NCBI GenBank assembly: GCA_020435335.1
Contig: JAGQZT010000107.1
Location: forward strand, 4,715 to 68,714
Source of the DNA: Flavobacteriales bacterium
GTDB taxonomy: Bacteria > Bacteroidota > Bacteroidia > Flavobacteriales_E > Vicingaceae
Length of the DNA stretch: 64,000 nucleotides
Direction of reading: 5' to 3'
Shown: in pieces, positions 8,956 to 17,104 of the stretch
How positions within the stretch are numbered: the stretch's first letter is position 1
Layout of the letters: every line of letters starts with the position of its first letter
The notes under the pieces: model-generated
The model's database searches: none
What the model saw: the letters and a program-made list of their open reading frames with translations, nothing else
What the model was told of the DNA's origin: nothing
Position numbers and translations under genes: made by a program

Positions 8956-11185
8956 CCCCTTGATCTACAATCGTAAATTTCCGCGTAATGGAATTCCCCA
9001 TTTCATCGACCACAGTAAGCAGGTGTTCACCGGCTTCAATGTTCAGCCCCATTTCGTGAATGCCTTTGGTTGAGCCCACATAGCTGTTGTCAACATGCCA
9101 GAACAGCGTAGTACTCTGCTTGCGGTGTGCCGCTTCGAAAACCACTTTCCCTTTCTTGCCACTTATTTCCAGGGGAATGTAGATCAAGGCATTGTGTTCC
9201 GGGTAGATCAACTGAAGGGGTTTGCTTTCCAGATCCTGACAGTCGCTGCGGTAAGGCGGCAGTTTGATGTAGGTCGGATCTGTGCTTTTGTAGTACCATT
9301 CCTGAACGGGTTGCAGTACAAAGTACTTTTTATGCAACATGTTTTCCACGTCCTCACAGTTGCTGTTCACCCGGTAACCACTCTGATCGGTGTGGATCAG
9401 CTGGTGGTATTTGCAGGGAGCTGTTTTCAGGCCGCTTTTTTGCACATAAACCGAATCGACGGGTTCGCAGTTTTCTCCGGCACGCATGCCGCTTTTCCGG
9501 CAGATCGGCACTTTGGCCAGTTCGTCGAAAGGAAGTGGGAACCAATTGTCGTTGGGCAGTAAATCAAAGATGTCAAACAGGATGGGGGCAGCCGAGTTGA
9601 TCCCGGTGAGTCCCGGGCGTCCTTCTCCGTCGGCATTGCCTACCCAAACGCCAACCACGTAATCCGGAGTAGTACCTACAGCCCAGGCATCCCTGAATCC
9701 GAAGCTGGTTCCGGTCTTCCAGGCGATCTTCTGGTTACCCGAAAAGTATTTCCAGTTGACTTCGTTATCCGGGCGATTTACTTCCACCAGGGCTTTGTAG
9801 GTCAGGTAAATGGAGGCGGCACTGATGTTGTTGAAGTCTTCCAGTTTTTCTTCCGGAAGTTCGGCATCGGCCAGGTAGTTGTGTGTACGGTAATCGTGGA
9901 GGTTGTACTGGCCGTTATAGCGTTCGAAATGGTTGAGTGTCCTTGAGAAATTGGTGAACACGTTGGTGATGTCCCACAAGGAGCTTTCAGCGCCTCCCAA
10001 AATGATGGTCAGACCGTAATGATCTGCCGGTTTGTTGATGGTGCTGAGGTTGAGCTTTTGCAGGCGGTGGTGAAATTTTTGAAGGCCGTAATTCTGGAGC
10101 ATCCTAATGATAGGAACATTCAGGGAACGAGATAGTGCTTTGCTGGCCGGGACTACACCACTGTATTTCAGGTTGTAATTTTTAGGGGAATATCCGGCGA
10201 TTTTGGTCGGAATATCGTCTACGAGCGTATTGGGCAACAGATCGCCGTCGCTCAGCATCGAAGCATAGAGTAAAGGTTTGAGGATACTTCCGGTACTTCG
10301 GGGCGCCTGGATCACATCCACATCGTTGCCATGCTCTTTGCTGTCGGTGGTGTTGCCCACGTAAGCCAGAATGTTGCCGGTCTCCACTTCGATGACGATG
10401 GCGGCGGCGTTGTGAATTTCATTGAATTTCAGTTGGAAGTGGTGGTTTTTGATGATCTCATTGCACTTTTCCTGCAGGTGCCGGTCGATGGTGGTACGGA
10501 TCCGTTTTCCTTTGTTTTGAGCGATGACCAGGTTATGCAAGTGCGGAGCGATGTTGGGCAATCGCAATGGTTTTTGAGGAAGAGGCTCTTCTTTCGAAAT
10601 TTCGCAGGTCATGGGATCGATGATGCCCTGATCCAGAAGCTTGTCGAGTAAGCGGTTCCGCTTGGCCAGCAGCAGTTGGTGATTCTTTCCGGGAAAGATG
10701 AGTGATGGTGCATTGGGCAGCACGGCGAGGGTTGCACTTTCTGCCCAGGAGAGGTGCTGCGGACTTCGACCGTAGTAACGCCACGCGGCGGCATCGAGGC
10801 CGACCACATTTCCTCCGAAAGGGGCGTTGGAGGAATAGTAGGCCAGAATTTGTTCTTTTGGCGTAATCATTTCCAGGCGGGTGGCGAAGATCATTTCGAT
10901 GAACTTCTCGAAGAAGGTTCGCCCTTGTCCCTTGCGGGAAAGACGAATTACCTGCATGGTGAGGGTAGAGCCACCGCTCACGATGTGGCCTGCTTTCAAG
11001 TTCTGGTATGTAGCCCGGCAGATAGCGAGGAAATCGATTCCCGGGTGACTGTAAAAGTTCTTGTCTTCGAACTGGATGATGCATTGCCTGAACTTCTCAG
11101 GAACAACATCGTTGTGTGGAAATCGCCATTGACCGTCTTCGGCGATGCGGGCACCGATGAGGTTGCCGTCCTGATCTTCGATCAC
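8951..11185 (-). CDS. pbpC: Penicillin-binding protein 1C (transglycosylase/transpeptidase); true N-terminus probably lies upstream
   Basis: GT51 motifs EDKNFYSHPGID and GGSTLTMQ are present, as are the transpeptidase motifs STGSILKP (SxxK) and KTGTS, plus a long C-terminal PBP1C-type domain. The frame stays open to 11335 and encodes a TM helix upstream of the GTG at 11185. Confidence 0.85.
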   Translation of the reverse strand: MIEDQDGNLIGARIAEDGQWRFPHNDVVPEKFRQCIIQFEDKNFYSHPGIDFLAICRATYQNLKAGHIVSGGSTLTMQVIRLSRKGQGRTFFEKFIEMIFATRLEMITPKEQILAYYSSNAPFGGNVVGLDAAAWRYYGRSPQHLSWAESATLAVLPNAPSLIFPGKNHQLLLAKRNRLLDKLLDQGIIDPMTCEISKEEPLPQKPLRLPNIAPHLHNLVIAQNKGKRIRTTIDRHLQEKCNEIIKNHHFQLKFNEIHNAAAIVIEVETGNILAYVGNTTDSKEHGNDVDVIQAPRSTGSILKPLLYASMLSDGDLLPNTLVDDIPTKIAGYSPKNYNLKYSGVVPASKALSRSLNVPIIRMLQNYGLQKFHHRLQKLNLSTINKPADHYGLTIILGGAESSLWDITNVFTNFSRTLNHFERYNGQYNLHDYRTHNYLADAELPEEKLEDFNNISAASIYLTYKALVEVNRPDNEVNWKYFSGNQKIAWKTGTSFGFRDAWAVGTTPDYVVGVWVGNADGEGRPGLTGINSAAPILFDIFDLLPNDNWFPLPFDELAKVPICRKSGMRAGENCEPVDSVYVQKSGLKTAPCKYHQLIHTDQSGYRVNSNCEDVENMLHKKYFVLQPVQEWYYKSTDPTYIKLPPYRSDCQDLESKPLQLIYPEHNALIYIPLEISGKKGKVVFEAAHRKQSTTLFWHVDNSYVGSTKGIHEMGLNIEAGEHLLTVVDEMGNSITRKFTIVDQGE

Positions 11186-11356
11186 CGAACAGGTCGGGTC
11201 GATAAAGAGCTCGGAGGGTAGGATGAAAACATAAAGCAGCAGCAGAACGATGATCGTTCCGATCGCCAGTCGTTCGCGGGTTTTATGATTAATTGAATTC
11301 TGAATAATATTATAAATTAAAATTCTTGGCTGTGATCAATTATTTAAATTTGACAC

Positions 11357-11536
11357 ATGGCTATGTTAGAGGTGATAATAACAACAGTATTCTCAATTCT
11401 CCCATTATTTGCAACAGTATTAATTTGGAAATTTAGCAAGAAGAACAAGAAGATGAGAATAATTTTTACTTTAATTACAGGTTATCCAGTTTGTTTTTGG
11501 TTATGGTTGGTTAGCTTAAGCCTGATCAATAGCTAA
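11357..11536 (+). CDS. Hypothetical 59-aa two-TM membrane peptide (below the ORF-track cutoff)
   Basis: Translated by hand from ATG 11357 to TAA 11534-11536: [59 protein letters not shown]. Shows hydrophobic - KKNKK - hydrophobic topology in AT-rich sequence. Confidence 0.3.
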   Translation: MAMLEVIITTVFSILPLFATVLIWKFSKKNKKMRIIFTLITGYPVCFWLWLVSLSLINS

Positions 11537-12186
11537 CCAATAATCACCCCATCCTTCATGGTCAGTTTGCGGTCGGCCATGTTGGCGAGTTCTTCGTTGT
11601 GGGTCACGATCACGAAGGTCTGGTTGAATTCATCCCTTAATTTGAAAAACAGGTTGTGCAGTTCTTTAGCGGTTTCAGAATCCAGGTTGCCGGAGGGTTC
11701 GTCGGCCAGGATTACTGCCGGATTGTTGATCAGGGCACGGCAAACCGCTACCCGTTGCTGTTCCCCGCCACTCAGTTCCGAAGGCTTGTGGTAAGCCCGT
11801 GCGTCAACACCGAGAGCGGTCAGCAATTTCATGGCTTTTTCTTCCGCTTCCGCTTTGGAAGATTTACCGATATAGGCAGGAATGCACACGTTTTCAAGGG
11901 CCGTAAATTCAGGCAGGAGGTGGTGGAACTGAAACACGAAACCGATGTTCTTATTTCGGAAAAGCGATAGGGCTTTGTCCTTCAATTTGGAGGTGTCGGT
12001 CTCGTTGATCAATACCTCGCCCTGATTAGGTTTGTCGAGCGTACCGATAATCTGAAGCAAGGTGGACTTACCCGCACCGGAGGCACCAACGATGGAGATC
12101 ACTTCTCCCTGTTTGATCTCCAGGTTTACCCCTTTGAGCACATGCAGGTCGCCGTAGGTCTTGTGTATGTTTACTGCTTTGATCAA
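11533..12186 (-). CDS. lolD: Lipoprotein-releasing system ATP-binding protein LolD-like ABC ATPase
   Basis: Walker [10 protein letters not shown], LolD motif [16 protein letters not shown], signature LSGGEQQR and Walker B ILADEP. The start codon is TTG. Confidence 0.75.
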   Translation of the reverse strand: MIKAVNIHKTYGDLHVLKGVNLEIKQGEVISIVGASGAGKSTLLQIIGTLDKPNQGEVLINETDTSKLKDKALSLFRNKNIGFVFQFHHLLPEFTALENVCIPAYIGKSSKAEAEEKAMKLLTALGVDARAYHKPSELSGGEQQRVAVCRALINNPAVILADEPSGNLDSETAKELHNLFFKLRDEFNQTFVIVTHNEELANMADRKLTMKDGVIIG

Positions 12187-12190
12187 GTGT

Positions 12191-12253
12191 TAGTTGTTAG
12201 TTGTTAGTAACTAGTTGAGAGTAGTCTAACGTCTAATGTCTCAGATCTAAATT
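12191..12253. repeat. Heptamer-periodic tract (TAGTTGT x2, TAGTAAC, TAGTTGA ... CTAACGT, CTAATGT, CTCAGAT, CTAAATT)
   Basis: Nine consecutive 7-nt units directly upstream of lolD (minus strand). Contains the reverse complement of TTAGACGTTAGAC at 12224-12236. Confidence 0.7.
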
Positions 12254-12324
12254 CTGTTTCAATAAAAAGCGAAAATACTTAACTTTTGTTGAAAAGTTGC
12301 CATTGATTTCACAAATAAAAAAGT

Positions 12325-12332
12325 TACTTTTG
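12325..12332 (+). promoter_or_regulatory. -7 promoter box TACTTTTG
   Basis: TAnnTTTG match 26 nt upstream of ATG 12358. It supports that start rather than ATG 12334, which begins 2 nt after the box. Confidence 0.5.
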
Positions 12333-12357
12333 GATGCATTATAGAAAATCAATAGCT

Positions 12358-13569
12358 ATGAACTTACACGAATATCAAGGGAAATCATTGTTAAAGAAAT
12401 ACGGTGTAGCCATTCAGGAAGGAATCGTTGCCGATACACCGCAGCAAGCTGTTGAAGCAGCAAAAGAACTGAACGCACAAACCGGAACGGAATGGTATGT
12501 GGTAAAAGCACAGATTCATGCCGGTGGTCGAGGAAAAGGGGTAGTTACCGAAACCGGATCGAACGGGGTGGTATTAGCCAAAGGTTTGGATAAAGTAGAA
12601 GGCGTTGCAGCCGGCATTTTGGGTGGTCATCTGGTGACCAAGCAAACCAATGCCAAAGGAAAGAAAGTGAATAAGGTGTTGATCGCTCAGGATGTTTACT
12701 ATCCGGGTGAATCTGAGCCGTCAGAATTTTATATGTCCGTACTGATGAACCGGGAGACCGGAAGAAACATCATCATGTATTCTACCGAAGGTGGGATGGA
12801 TATTGAGGCGGTTGCTGAACAAACACCGCATCTGATCTTCAAGGAAGAAATTGACCCAAAAGTAGGATTACAAGGATTTCAGGCGAGAAAGATTGCTTTT
12901 AACCTGGGCTTATCCGGAGAGGCCTTCAAGCAAATGGTGAAATTCGTTTTTGCGTTGTACGCTGCTTACGAAGGAATCGATGCATCTATGTTTGAGATCA
13001 ATCCGGTGTTAAAAACATCCGATAACAAAATTATTGCTGTCGATTCGAAAGTAACGGTTGATGACAGTGCTTTGTACCGTCATGCCGACATCGCAGAAAT
13101 GCGTGACACGACCGAAGAGGATCCGGTAGAACTGGAAGCCAAAGAAGCCGGTCTGAACTACGTAAACCTCGACGGAAACGTAGGGTGTATGGTAAACGGA
13201 GCCGGTTTGGCGATGGCTACCATGGACATCATCAAATTATCCGGCGGTGAGCCTGCTAACTTCCTCGATGTAGGAGGTACGGCCGATGCTGAACGTGTGG
13301 AGAAAGCTTTCCGTATGATCCTGAAAGATCCGAACGTAGAAGCTATTTTGATCAACATTTTCGGAGGGATCGTTCGTTGCGACCGGGTAGCTCAGGGTGT
13401 TGTAGATGCTTACAAAAACATTGGCGATATTCCGGTGCCGATCATCGTTCGTTTGCAAGGAACCAATGCCGAAGAGGCCAAGCGCCTGATCGACGAAAGC
13501 GGACTGAACGTGCTTTCTGCCGTTCTGCTGAAAGAAGCAGCTCAGAAAGTGAGTGAAGTGTTGTCGTAA
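12358..13569 (+). CDS. sucC: Succinyl-CoA synthetase (ADP-forming) beta subunit
   Basis: Canonical N-terminus [17 protein letters not shown], an ATP-grasp domain, and the C-terminal ligase-CoA domain motif [18 protein letters not shown]. Confidence 0.95.
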   Translation: MNLHEYQGKSLLKKYGVAIQEGIVADTPQQAVEAAKELNAQTGTEWYVVKAQIHAGGRGKGVVTETGSNGVVLAKGLDKVEGVAAGILGGHLVTKQTNAKGKKVNKVLIAQDVYYPGESEPSEFYMSVLMNRETGRNIIMYSTEGGMDIEAVAEQTPHLIFKEEIDPKVGLQGFQARKIAFNLGLSGEAFKQMVKFVFALYAAYEGIDASMFEINPVLKTSDNKIIAVDSKVTVDDSALYRHADIAEMRDTTEEDPVELEAKEAGLNYVNLDGNVGCMVNGAGLAMATMDIIKLSGGEPANFLDVGGTADAERVEKAFRMILKDPNVEAILINIFGGIVRCDRVAQGVVDAYKNIGDIPVPIIVRLQGTNAEEAKRLIDESGLNVLSAVLLKEAAQKVSEVLS

Positions 13570-13588
13570 CCAAAAGTCATGCTGAAGA

Positions 13589-13615
13589 TGTCACACTGAG
13601 CCTGTCGAAGTGTCA
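13589..13615 (+). repeat. Hairpin repeat family, copy 1 (tgtcacac-TGAGcctgTCGAA-gtgtca)
   Basis: Conserved TGAG-N4-TCGAA loop flanked by complementary arms. A longer imperfect hairpin spans 13579-13625. Confidence 0.6.
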
Positions 13616-13638
13616 TTTCAGCATCTATGATAAACAAG

Positions 13639-13665
13639 AAGCCCCGCTCAGCGGGGCTTTTTTTG
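13639..13665 (+). terminator. Rho-independent terminator after sucC
   Basis: Stem aagccccgc / gcggggctt with loop tca, followed by a T-run. Confidence 0.85.
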
Positions 13666-13715
13666 TTGAATAAAATTCATTTTGATTCGTTATTTTTAGG
13701 AAAACTTTACATTTT

Positions 13716-14255
13716 ATGGCATCTGCTTTCGGACACGCACTTACCGCTATAGCTTTAGGGAAAGCATATCCCAAGTACATGACCACCTGGAAGTTTTTCA
13801 TTTTAGGTATGGTTTGCTCCATTATCCCGGATGCAGATGTTATTACCTTCAAATTTGGTGTTCCATACGAGAGTTTCTGGGGACATCGTGGGTTTAGTCA
13901 TTCATTTCTTTTTGCTTTGTTGCTGGGGGTGTTGGTAACCTTATTGTTTTACAGGAAAGAGCTATCAAAATTAAGAGGTATTGGTTATGTGTTCTACTTT
14001 TTCATTAGTACCGCTTCGCACAGTATACTGGATGCTATGACCAGTGGGGGGCTGGGCGTTGCTTTTTTCTCACCATGGGACAACAGCCGATATTTTTTAC
14101 CATGGCGACCCATTAAAGTATCTCCAATCGGAGTAGAAAGTTTTTTCAGCGAGTGGGGCATGATGGTAATTTCCAGTGAACTGGTATGGATCGGCATACC
14201 ATGTACGGTTTTCATCTTGTTGTTTTATGTCATTCGAAAAATGGTTAATCGTTAA
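13716..14255 (+). CDS. Membrane-bound metal-dependent hydrolase, YdjM/DUF457 family
   Basis: 179 aa, multi-TM, with conserved GH...IIPDAD...WGHRGFSHS motifs. Confidence 0.7.
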   Translation: MASAFGHALTAIALGKAYPKYMTTWKFFILGMVCSIIPDADVITFKFGVPYESFWGHRGFSHSFLFALLLGVLVTLLFYRKELSKLRGIGYVFYFFISTASHSILDAMTSGGLGVAFFSPWDNSRYFLPWRPIKVSPIGVESFFSEWGMMVISSELVWIGIPCTVFILLFYVIRKMVNR

Positions 14256-14263
14256 AATAATTT

Positions 14264-14599
14264 ATGGTATATTTTTTTATAGCACTTCTTGTTATCCTCA
14301 AAGTTGGATTGAGTTACCTGATCGGACTATCTGGAAAAAAACGAGAGATTGGTTTTTGGGCTTCATTCCTGATTTCTTTGTTCTTTGGGTTTGTATTAGG
14401 ACTGATTGTTACATTTATATCAAAGGATTTGAATCAAACCCGGACAATTGTTCGTTGCGATGGCTGTAAAAAGGAGATTAACGGCGAATACATAGCCATT
14501 CGACCAACCGGCATGAATGTAAAACTGGATTACTGCAATGAAACCTGCCGGGATACGTACCATGCCGGGAATATGGAACGATTAAAAAGTGAAGGATGA
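14264..14599 (+). CDS. Two-TM membrane protein with C-terminal TRASH-type zinc/metal-binding motif
   Basis: Contains C-x2-C-x22-C-x3-C (CDGC...CNETC), matching the TRASH consensus C-X2-C-X19-22-C-X3-C. Two N-terminal TM helices. Confidence 0.6.
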   Translation: MVYFFIALLVILKVGLSYLIGLSGKKREIGFWASFLISLFFGFVLGLIVTFISKDLNQTRTIVRCDGCKKEINGEYIAIRPTGMNVKLDYCNETCRDTYHAGNMERLKSEG

Positions 14600-14811
14600 A
14601 AAAGTTGCTTATCATATTGATTATGCTGAATACGGTTCTTGTGGTTAAATACTGGAGTGATTCAACGTCCATTCATTGTGAACCTTGTCCCCCAGATGTC
14701 GTTTGTCCACCATGCCAGACAACCTTTATGGAAAACATTTGGTGGTTCGTATTGGGAATAAATGCAATTTTTATTTTTGTTTTAATATCAGTATTACTAA
14801 AAAGGAAATGA
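14596..14811 (+). CDS. 71-aa membrane mini-protein with CxxC-x6-CxxC motif
   Basis: The motif CEPCPPDVVCPPC lies between two hydrophobic helices. There are ATGA start/stop overlaps with both neighbouring genes. Confidence 0.5.
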   Translation: MKKLLIILIMLNTVLVVKYWSDSTSIHCEPCPPDVVCPPCQTTFMENIWWFVLGINAIFIFVLISVLLKRK

Positions 14812-15485
14812 AAAAATTCAACTACATTGTATTTGCTGCTGTCATTATAGTAGCATGTGGTCAGGAAGAAATGCCCCCATCAAATACAGATAATACGCAG
14901 GCCGAAGCCAAATCTATAACTGTCCAAACAGTTAACAAATACCGGGACGGGGATATCATTTTTCAGACTTCGGGATCAGGGCAAAGTAAAGCCATTCAGT
15001 TAGCCACGCATTCAGAATATAGCCACTGCGGATTGATGTTTAAAAGAAAAAACGGAAAAGACGAATGGTCTGTTCTAGAGGCTATTCAACCTGTAAAATG
15101 GACTCCATTGTCTGAATGGATAGCTCGTGGGGATGATCAGCATTATGTGATTAAACGCGTGATCACCGACTCCATAATTCCTGATAAGAGTTTACAAGAA
15201 CTTCGAAAAATAGCAGAACAATATCTGGGAAAAGATTATGATCTGCTGTTTGATTGGAGTGATGAAAAAATCTATTGCTCCGAATTGGTTTGGAAATCAT
15301 ATTACAATCTGAACAAAACAAAAGTCGGCGAGCCTCAACAATTGAGTGAGTTTGACTTATCCAATCCGGTTGTGCGACAAAAAATGAAGGAACGTTATGG
15401 TTCCCAGGTTCCTCTTCAAGAAACAGTTATTTCTCCTGCTGCTATTTTTGATAGTGAACTGTTAGAAACGATTGAATCAAAGTAA
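14808..15485 (+). CDS. YiiX/YaeF-family permuted papain-like (C92) lipoprotein
   Basis: Lipobox IIVAC. Motifs DGDIIFQTSGSGQSKAIQLAT..YSHCG and YCSELVWKSY are typical of YiiX (DUF830). The start at ATG 14808 overlaps the preceding stop. Confidence 0.7.
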   Translation: MKKFNYIVFAAVIIVACGQEEMPPSNTDNTQAEAKSITVQTVNKYRDGDIIFQTSGSGQSKAIQLATHSEYSHCGLMFKRKNGKDEWSVLEAIQPVKWTPLSEWIARGDDQHYVIKRVITDSIIPDKSLQELRKIAEQYLGKDYDLLFDWSDEKIYCSELVWKSYYNLNKTKVGEPQQLSEFDLSNPVVRQKMKERYGSQVPLQETVISPAAIFDSELLETIESK

Positions 15486-15563
15486 TTTTTTGTTGTAAAA
15501 GTGGGTTTTCAACTAAGAGTCAATCTCCCCTCAATAACCCTTTCGAAATCGCCCAAGATATAT

Positions 15564-15571
15564 TACCTTTG
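15564..15571 (+). promoter_or_regulatory. -7 promoter box TACCTTTG
   Basis: TAnnTTTG match 21 nt upstream of the ffh ATG. Confidence 0.5.
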
Positions 15572-15591
15572 AACCTCTTAATGAAAAAGAT

Positions 15592-16923
15592 ATGTTCGAT
15601 AGTTTAAGTGATAAGTTAGAACGGGCCTTTAAGGTCTTAAAAGGACAAGGACAGGTAACCGAGATCAACGTTGCCGAAACAGTTAAAGAGATTCGCCGGG
15701 CATTGCTTGATGCCGATGTGAGTTACAAAGTAGCCAAACAGTTTACCGACACGGTAAAAGACAAGGCCATGGGCGCCAATGTAATCAACGCCATTTCGCC
15801 GAATCAGCTGATGGTGAAGATCACACACGATGAGCTGGCAACGTTGATGGGCGGCGGTGCTTCCGAGATCAACATCAAGGGAAGTCCGGCCATCATCCTG
15901 ATTGCGGGTCTGCAAGGTTCGGGTAAGACCACCTTCTCCGGAAAACTGGCCAATCACCTCAAAAATAAAAAAGGAAAGAAACCACTCCTCGTGGCAGGCG
16001 ACGTGTACCGTCCGGCTGCGATCGACCAGCTGCATGTGCTGGGTGAACAGATCGGAGTGGATGTGTGGAGCGATAAGGAAAATAAAAATCCGGTCGACAT
16101 CGCTAAGAAAGCGATCAATGAAGCCAAATCCAAAGGCCACAATGTAGTCATCATCGATACCGCCGGACGTCTGGCGGTCGACCAACAAATGATGGACGAG
16201 ATCGAAGCAGTGAAGAAAGCCGTGAATCCTTCGGAAATCTTGTTTGTGGTGGATTCCATGACCGGTCAGGATGCCGTTAACACGGCTAAGGCCTTCAACG
16301 ACCGGCTTGATTTTGACGGAGTCGTACTGACCAAACTGGATGGTGATACCCGGGGTGGTGCGGCGCTGTCTATTCGAACGGTGGTGGATAAACCGATCAA
16401 GTTCATCGGAACCGGCGAGAAAATGGAAGCACTCGATGTGTTCCATCCCGACCGGATGGCCGACCGGATCCTCGGCATGGGTGACGTGGTCAGTCTGGTG
16501 GAACGTGCTCAGGAACAATACGATGAGGAAGAAGCTCGTAAATTACAGAAGAAGATCGCCAAGAACCAGTTCGATTTCAACGATTTTATGAGTCAGATCA
16601 ATCAGATCAAGAAAATGGGGAACGTGAAAGACCTCGTAGGGATGATCCCGGGAGTAGGAAAGGCGATGAAGGGCGTAGACATCGATGACGATGCTTTTAA
16701 AGGTATTGAGGCCATCATTCACTCGATGACTCCTTACGAAAGAGAGAATCCGAAAGTGCTGAACGGTAGCCGAAGAAAACGTATTGCAGACGGAAGCGGA
16801 ACATCCATTCAGGATGTAAATAAGCTCTTGAAACAATTCGATCAGACCAGCAAAATGATGCGCCTGATGGGTGATAAGAAAAAAATGGCGCAGCTGATGC
16901 GCAACATGCCGAAGCAACGCTAG
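15592..16923 (+). CDS. ffh: Signal recognition particle protein Ffh
   Basis: NG domain motifs GLQGSGKTT, DTAGR and TKLDGD, followed by a Met-rich M domain. Confidence 0.97.
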   Translation: MFDSLSDKLERAFKVLKGQGQVTEINVAETVKEIRRALLDADVSYKVAKQFTDTVKDKAMGANVINAISPNQLMVKITHDELATLMGGGASEINIKGSPAIILIAGLQGSGKTTFSGKLANHLKNKKGKKPLLVAGDVYRPAAIDQLHVLGEQIGVDVWSDKENKNPVDIAKKAINEAKSKGHNVVIIDTAGRLAVDQQMMDEIEAVKKAVNPSEILFVVDSMTGQDAVNTAKAFNDRLDFDGVVLTKLDGDTRGGAALSIRTVVDKPIKFIGTGEKMEALDVFHPDRMADRILGMGDVVSLVERAQEQYDEEEARKLQKKIAKNQFDFNDFMSQINQIKKMGNVKDLVGMIPGVGKAMKGVDIDDDAFKGIEAIIHSMTPYERENPKVLNGSRRKRIADGSGTSIQDVNKLLKQFDQTSKMMRLMGDKKKMAQLMRNMPKQR

Positions 16924-16927
16924 GGTT

Positions 16928-16959
16928 CTGTCATAGTGAGTTAATCGAACTATAGACAG
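16928..16959 (+). repeat. Hairpin repeat family, copy 2 (ctgtcatag-TGAGttaaTCGAA-ctatagacag)
   Basis: Has the same conserved loop as copy 1, but a different, self-complementary stem. Confidence 0.6.
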
Positions 16960-16982
16960 GTCTGGTATTTTGTAGATTAGCC

Positions 16983-17015
16983 TGTCATAGCCCTTCGATA
17001 AACTCAGGGTGACAT
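16983..17015 (-). repeat. Hairpin repeat family, copy 3 (reverse orientation)
   Basis: The reverse complement reads atgtcaccc-TGAGtttaTCGAA-gggctatgaca. It translates as VTLSLSKG in the spurious ORF 16543-17184. Confidence 0.6.
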
Positions 17016-17104
17016 TTAGGGTTAATTTGATGTAGCGTGACAATAATGGATAATTGAAGATTGAGGTTTGATTATCTTCATATATGGACATTAAAAGATA
17101 AACT

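Noticed and set aside
10533-11084. 183-aa and other ORFs (9095-9562, 10331-10651, 10754-11221) overlapping pbpC.
   Set aside because: They are out of frame or antisense within pbpC, with Arg/Pro-rich composition and no motifs.
13708-13715. TACATTTT box directly abutting the ydjM-like ATG as a promoter.
   Set aside because: There is no spacing between the box and the start codon, so transcription could not include the ATG. It is probably fortuitous AT-rich sequence.
15637-16518. 293-aa ORF antisense to ffh.
   Set aside because: It lies entirely inside the strongly supported ffh gene on the opposite strand. Its translation is low-complexity with no motifs. This is a typical shadow ORF.
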